DNA of 61,476 bases, from IMG/VR virus record IMGVR_UViG_3300031184_000001, positions 1 to 61,476 of that record. The stretch is one strand, 5' to 3'. The stretch's first letter is position 1; each line of letters starts with the position of its first letter. Source of the stretch: a virus (Duplodnaviria > Caudoviricetes). Positions 56,059 to 61,476 of the stretch are shown one piece after another. The position numbers and the translations under genes were made by a program. The notes beneath the pieces were generated by a model. It was not told the origin of the DNA. It worked only from the letters and a program-made list of their open reading frames with translations, and ran no database searches.

Positions 56059-59000
56059 CGCTTCCTGTGCCCGATCACCACACGCCAGCCGCGCCGACTC
56101 CAGGGTTTGATGCGGGGCAGCACGTACAAGGGCGGGCGATCGGCGGGCCAGAGACCCTGACGACGGAGATTGTCCTCGTAGGTGCGGCCGTAGGCATTCG
56201 GATCGTAGCCTAGCTGCTCCAGACCAGACCGCATGATCGGGGGGATGTTGACGTGGGCGCGCCCGGTGAGCAGGTCATGCTGAACGAGGACAGCCGGCGG
56301 GAGTCGGTGTGCCGGCGCGCTGTAGAGTCTGGAGATGGCAGTCAGCGCCTCATGGTCCGCAGCGTTCATGATGTCCATTCTACACTTCCCCGCCGCCTGA
56401 CCCGGGCCCGCGCGCCCGAGATGCCAAGGTCAGCGGTCCTTGTACCATTCGGGGTGCAGCACCTTCAGTAGCTTTTCGCTCAGTTCCGTCCGAACGCGCA
56501 TCTCCGCGATGTGCTCATCGAAGCCAGCAATGTTCGGCGTAACCGAGAGCACCCCCTTGATCTGCTTGACTGCGGCGATGGTCGCCTCGGCATCGTCATC
56601 ACGGATATCGTGCTCCAGCACGACGTAGTAGCCGTTGTGTCGGTCAGTCATCCTTCGCTCCTTCCTCCTGAGAGCCCCGCCGCCCGAGCGACGGGCTGGG
56701 AGTGGGCGGTCATCCGATAAGGTTACCCGCCTGCGACTCGCGGATCGCCTCCATTGAGCGAGTGATGAGAAGGCGAAGGTACGGGATATCCCCCCGTGTG
56801 ATTTCAATATGGCCGTAGCTGAGGTGCACAAGGCGCGGGCGAACCAGTAGGACCGTGAAGTCTGCCCGTCCTTCCTCATCGTACTCGTGGTCGCCACCTT
56901 CGCAATCACAGGTACGTTCAAAACAGGCTTCGATGTCGTCCAGGCTGGCATACGATCCGTGAACGCCCGACGTTGATCCCAGCACGTAGTTCAATGTATT
57001 AGGCCGAGGATCGACACCGAAACTCGTGTGCAGATCTTCAATGCTAGTCACCTGGCCGATACTGTAATGGCCCATCCCTCGCACCTCTCCATGCCCGCCG
57101 CTGTCAGGACGGGTCGTCTAGCGTCAGCGTGATGTCCGCATTGACGTATGGACCTGTCCGGCAGCGGCGGCACCGCATGTACGTCAACGCGCCGACTGTG
57201 GCCACAGCCTTGAAGTCGTGGCCCTGATCAGGATAGCCGGGACATGTCATCGTCGGCGCCGCCTCGTACCCGCCGCCCGGCCGCTCGTCGTCAGGCATCA
57301 GATGCGACCCTCCGTGACGAAGCCGTAGACACTCAGAAGTGTGCCCTTGATCTTCCTGATATCGTTGGGCGTCCAGGTGGACGGATCTCTGTGCGCAATC
57401 GTTTCGAGCTCCGGCGCCCACTCGCGCAACATCTCAGCCGCTTGATCGCCGCGTGCCTTCACGGCCATTTCAAGCGCGCTCAACTCATCAGGCATGCTCG
57501 TCCCCCGCGCCCCCGTCCCGGGCCGGCTGGGCCAGAGGCACAAGAGCGTCAATCGCGATCCGTAAAACCTGCTGACGGACCTCGACGCTGGCACCGCGCC
57601 ATGTCTCGTACGGGAAGGCGTCGATCGTGTCCACGATCTTCCCCAGCGCCTTCCTGAGCCGCTCAGCCTCTCCCGCCTCGGGCTGGCACTGGGCCGCCGA
57701 GAGGGCGGCATTGGCCAGCCAGCCCTCACGAAACGCCAGTCCTTCCCGCCACGCCTGACGTTCGTCAGTGAGGCCCGCGAGGATCTTGCTCGCCATCCAG
57801 GCCTCGTTCATTGCTTGCTCTTCTGAATCGCTCACCGTCAACCTCCCAAGGGTGCCCGCGCGCGGGGCGTCAGTCAGCGAATCGGCACGATGTTGTTCGC
57901 AGGGGCGGTGTGCTCCCACGACAACTCAACCGACCCCGTCCAGTCGTTGTCAACCATCACCATGCTGAGCTGCTGGTGAATGTCTTCGCAGATGTTGTCG
58001 AGTTCTTCGTCGCCCTGAATCACGACGTCGATCACGACCGTTGCTGTGATCCGTGTTAGTGCCGGCATCGTCTTCTCTCCCTCTCCTCACACCGCCGGCC
58101 CGCCAGGGCGGCGGGCGCTCAGAACTCGACCTTGTCGATGTAGCCGCTCAGGTTGAACAGGAAGCTGTTGGCCTCAGCTCTCGTCATATGCTCCACCAGA
58201 TCAACCCCGGGGTACTCCGGCCCGTATCTGCGCTGAATCATGACGATGGTGTCCTCGGCCGTCTGCTCCAAGCTGTACTCCGCTATCGGGGTGGACGCCT
58301 CGACCCTCACGATCCTCTCCTTACTGTTTCAGCTAAGGGGGATTACTTCGGCCTCTCCGCCCTGCCCATTGCCGGGCGGCCACGGCGCGCGGGGTCAGTC
58401 GTTTATCGTCGCTCTTCGCTTGCCAGTCATACTGATGCCGTCTCCCTTCCGTCGCCAGTGGCGCAGTTGTCCGTTAGGGTCGCTCGGAGTCGGCTGGCGG
58501 TAAGGCTCTTCCTGGCGATGTGCCGCTATCAAGCAGCGCCCTGACCCGTCACAGTTGAAAGGACAGTCGTTCGCTTCCTCCATGCCATCCTCCAGGCTGA
58601 ACGGCCGCCGGTGCGGCCTGGGCGGGGGGTCAGTTATGCTGACTCAGACTTGCCAGCAGGGCCTTTCGTTCTCGTTCCATCTCGGATGGATCGAGTCCAA
58701 AGAACCGAGCTAACTCGTCGTTGATCCACGAGTCAGACTTGTAAAATTGGATGAGCGACCATCGCGCGTGCTGGTAGGTGTGTTCCGGCCTACCTCCCTC
58801 CCGAGCCTGCATCGGGCAGGGGCACTCGAATACGTCGATCTCGACCTCGTCATAGCGCGCGCGGCCAATCTCGCCATTGGCGTCCACCGCGTACCTGCTG
58901 AAGGGTTTGATCTCGACGTAGGTGCCGTCAGCCTTCTGGCCCCAGGTCTTCGTGCAGGGCAACTGCTCCCACATCCAGCGGGCCAGGACGATTCCTTGCG

Positions 59001-59097
59001 CGGCCAGGTGCTCCATGACGAACTGGCCAATCTGCTCAGACACGTCCCTGACCGCGAGCGCTCGATCGAGTTGCGGTGTCGCCGGTGAGTGACCCAT
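56055..59097 (-). other. Leftward early-type operon of about 10 small hypothetical genes
   Basis: ORFs 56055-56378, 56430-56651, 56710-57084, 57104-57298, 57298-57495, 57488-57835, 57874-58068, 58119-58310, 58395-58583, 58630-59097; several have GGAG RBSs. Confidence 0.65.
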
Positions 59098-59498
59098 CAG
59101 AACGCCTCCGAATTCATGTGCTCGTGGCAGCCACCGGAGTGGGGCGCGGGATCGTTGTCACACCCGTCCGTCCAGCAACTTGGCCACAACTCTTCGATGG
59201 TCGGCCGCGCTTTCGGAGCTTGCTTGCGCGACTCGATCAAGTCAGCCTCCAGCGCCGCAAGCTCGACGGCGATACGATGGCTGCACGGCTTGCCGAAAGA
59301 CCACGGGCTCTGCCCCCACGGACAAGAGCACCCGCCGGCGTCAGCGCGGACCACGTAAAAGCGACTGCTGCGGCCTGAGATGATCGCCACGTATCGCACG
59401 CCGCACTTCCGGAAATACCGCCACTCGTCGCGGTTCTCCAGGTGCACGGTTGCCGATGCCCACTGACTTGCCGATGGCTGGTAGACTGCTGACGCCAT
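59097..59498 (-). CDS. SWIM zinc-finger protein
   Basis: CSCP...KPCSHRIAV; GGAGG RBS. Confidence 0.75.
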   Translation of the reverse strand: MASAVYQPSASQWASATVHLENRDEWRYFRKCGVRYVAIISGRSSRFYVVRADAGGCSCPWGQSPWSFGKPCSHRIAVELAALEADLIESRKQAPKARPTIEELWPSCWTDGCDNDPAPHSGGCHEHMNSEAF

Positions 59499-59519
59499 TC
59501 GGGTTACCTCCGTTTGGTT

Positions 59520-59640
59520 GGCCCTCACGAGGTGATGACTCGTGGGGGCTTTCTTCATGCCTGAAGTATAGCATAGTTTAGGTGCATATGCTACTATTCA
59601 AGTGCAGGTGCGCAAGTTCAGGTGAACCTGACCTACACTA
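59520..59640. promoter_or_regulatory. Divergent promoter region with an operator-like inverted repeat and a leader hairpin
   Basis: Minus-strand TGcTATACT; TAGCATA-N11-TATGCTA; stem GCCCTCACGAG/CTCGTGGGGGC; plus-strand TACACT. Confidence 0.55.
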
Positions 59641-59645
59641 CGCGC

Positions 59646-59828
59646 ATGCCGAGAAGGATCGTGGCACTACAAGTTAGACTCCCCGACGATCTCCACGCCG
59701 AGATCAAGCAACTGACTGAGGAAGAGGACCGACCACTCAACCGGACCATCATCCGTTTGCTTCGGGCTGGCCTGGAGCACTACCGAGGCGCCTCGTCAGG
59801 AGTATCCGATCAGGAGTCGGAAGAATGA
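59646..59828 (+). CDS. Arc-like ribbon-helix-helix repressor
   Basis: LQVRLPDDLHAEIKQLTEEEDRPLNRTIIRLL. Confidence 0.85.
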   Translation: MPRRIVALQVRLPDDLHAEIKQLTEEEDRPLNRTIIRLLRAGLEHYRGASSGVSDQESEE

Positions 59829-60274
59829 GCGAGACGGTCGGCTTCAGCGGCACCCGCTCAGCCGGTCACCGCGATGCTGGGCGGATCGCTGACATCGTGA
59901 GCGACCTACCGCCTGATTGCACAGTGGTCACTGGCGGCTGCATCGGCGTGGACATGCTCGTGGCCGTTGCCGCTCACCAGCGCGGACTGAAGGTACACAC
60001 GGTCCTGCCGGCCGATCGGAGCCGCGTGGGGCGCTTCTGGAGGCAGCACTGCGACATCTTCGAGGAGATGCCGCCAGGCACCGACTACCGGGCACGGAAT
60101 GAGCGGATCGTGGAGCTGAGCGACCGCCTGATCACCATCCCCGAAGCATCCGAGGACGACCCGCGCTCTCGGCGATCGGGGACGTGGATGACGGTCAGGA
60201 TTGCACGTCGGGCTGGCAAGCCGGTTCAGGTTGAGTTACTGGACGAGCGCCGCCGCCCAGGGTCGACACCATGA
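59825..60274 (+). CDS. SLOG-superfamily (YspA/DprA-like) nucleotide-binding protein
   Basis: VGFSGTR, TGGCIGVD, RARNERIV, RSGTWMTVRIA. Confidence 0.8.
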   Translation: MSETVGFSGTRSAGHRDAGRIADIVSDLPPDCTVVTGGCIGVDMLVAVAAHQRGLKVHTVLPADRSRVGRFWRQHCDIFEEMPPGTDYRARNERIVELSDRLITIPEASEDDPRSRRSGTWMTVRIARRAGKPVQVELLDERRRPGSTP

Positions 60275-61233
60275 CGCGGGGGAGCGGGCGCGTTAGGCCA
60301 AAGCTCACCGGCGACGATCTCGTGGCGATCGAGGTTCGGGCACGAACTGTCACCAAAGGGCTCGCGAATCGCCAGCAGCAGATGGCCATCGCCTTTCAGG
60401 TCTGCATGCAGGACGTTCCCGATCTCCTGGTTGAGATCAGGCGGTTACGAGCGGAGAGCCGGGCCGCCCGCGATCCCGGGCGCCCGCGTGGCGAGGAAGG
60501 GGGCGAGGGGCAGTGAGTCAGACAACGACGTGTGGCTGCAACAGGTACGGCTGTATCTACTGCGAATTGGATCAGGCGCGCGAGGGGATCAGGTATGGCG
60601 ACATCGTCACGGATCTAGCTGTGAAGGTCGGCGCCGCGTGGGATCGTCTCGCCCGCTGCCAGGACGAGTTCTACCCCGAGTACCCTGGCGCGTGCAGCGA
60701 GTATCACGACGAGCTTGACACGGCCGTCCTGGAGTTGATGCGCTTCGCTGATCCTGAACGATGGAACCAGCGGCAGGCCGTGATGCGGGCAGCCTCAGAA
60801 GCCGCGATCACCCAGATCTACATGGTCCGCGAAGGCAAGACCGGCTGGTACGTCGTCGCGCCAGATGGGTCGGTCGTCGTGGGGTGTTTGCCGGACGAGG
60901 ACGCAGCCCGCTCCGTGGCATTCGAGCACAACAAGCGCCGCGCCGCCCAGGTCGAGCAGGGCACGGGGGATGTGGATGGCTGAGCACACCTGTGGCGGCA
61001 GGGGCGCGGTCCCCTGCCCGACCTGTACCACACTGGGTGCCCAAGAGGCGTTCGTCGAGCGCTGGCGGGCCGAGCACCCCGACGAGGTCTACGACAGTGG
61101 ATGGCGGTGTCCGCTCTGTAATGAAGTCGTCCAGGGCCACGAGACATCGCCGTTCTACGGACTGATCGAGTACCACCAGCGCGATCATGGTGAGGCGTGG
61201 CAAGCCTACGAACTGGCCGCCGAGCCTCGCTGA
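60271..61233 (+). other. Three small hypothetical genes (60271-60516, 60513-60983, 60976-61233)
   Basis: Overlapping ORFs; the last has two CxxC motifs. Confidence 0.6.
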
Positions 61234-61278
61234 TCGGCAGCCCGTCCCGCCGGCCGCGCGGCGGGTGGTATGCTCTCA

Positions 61279-61434
61279 GTGAGCGCGGTACCGCACCCAT
61301 CGCCAGTCCGGCCGGCTTCGGTGGTGGGGCATAGGGCCCCGCTCACAATTCCCCCGTCTTCCTCGCGAGGCCGGGTGCGGGCGCAAGCCCAGCGAGAGGA
61401 GGCCCCGATCTTCACAGGTCGGGGCTCTCTCTTT
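61279..61434 (+). ncRNA. Candidate pseudoknotted RNA with HDV-like ribozyme hallmarks, own promoter and terminator
   Basis: TGgTATGCT at 61266-61274; GCACCC/GGGTGC long-range pairing; loop TCCTCGC; terminator 61401-61434. Confidence 0.55.
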
Positions 61435-61476
61435 GTCCACCGCCTATGGCACCCGTTGGCGCGGGCTATGGCGCGG
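61350..61476. repeat. Terminal direct repeat, copy 2
   Basis: Identical to 1-127. Confidence 0.95.

Noticed and set aside
1-61476. Integrase/attP, reverse transcriptase (DGR or retron), IS transposase, tape measure or tail-chaperone frameshift
   Set aside because: No ORF shows the diagnostic motifs by eye. A profile search could still reveal a very divergent member.

Overview
This window looks like a complete, circularly closed genome of a high-GC tailed phage. Bases 1-127 repeat exactly at 61350-61476, a typical k=127 assembly overlap, so the unit length is about 61,349 bp. The virion module is podovirus-like: terminase, probable portal, three large ejection-type proteins, scaffold, P22-coat-like capsid, tail adaptor/nozzle and fibres, with no tape measure. 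Lysis uses a GH19 plus C39-like endolysin with no recognisable spanins, so a monoderm host such as Chloroflexota or Actinomycetota is inferred. There is a cI/cro-like switch but no integrase. An HTH Rep-like gene and a pSK1-Par-like gene suggest a plasmid-type prophage, alongside a lytic RecT/primase/helicase/origin module. Most notable observations: (1) two small genes just before the portal carry fragments of the phage's own major capsid protein, one in permuted order and fused to a twin-arginine (Tat) signal; (2) a SPINDLY/OGT-type TPR-GT41 glycosyltransferase and an SDR lie inside the virion operon; (3) a 98-bp antisense tRNA-Cys cassette with its own promoter is flanked by an 11-bp duplication in the capsid region; (4) there are several unannotated structured RNA candidates, one with HDV-ribozyme hallmarks; (5) a Ser/Leu/Cys tRNA array includes short-arm tRNA-Leu; (6) a C5 methyltransferase is split across overlapping frames. 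All calls come from reading motifs by eye; no searches were run.
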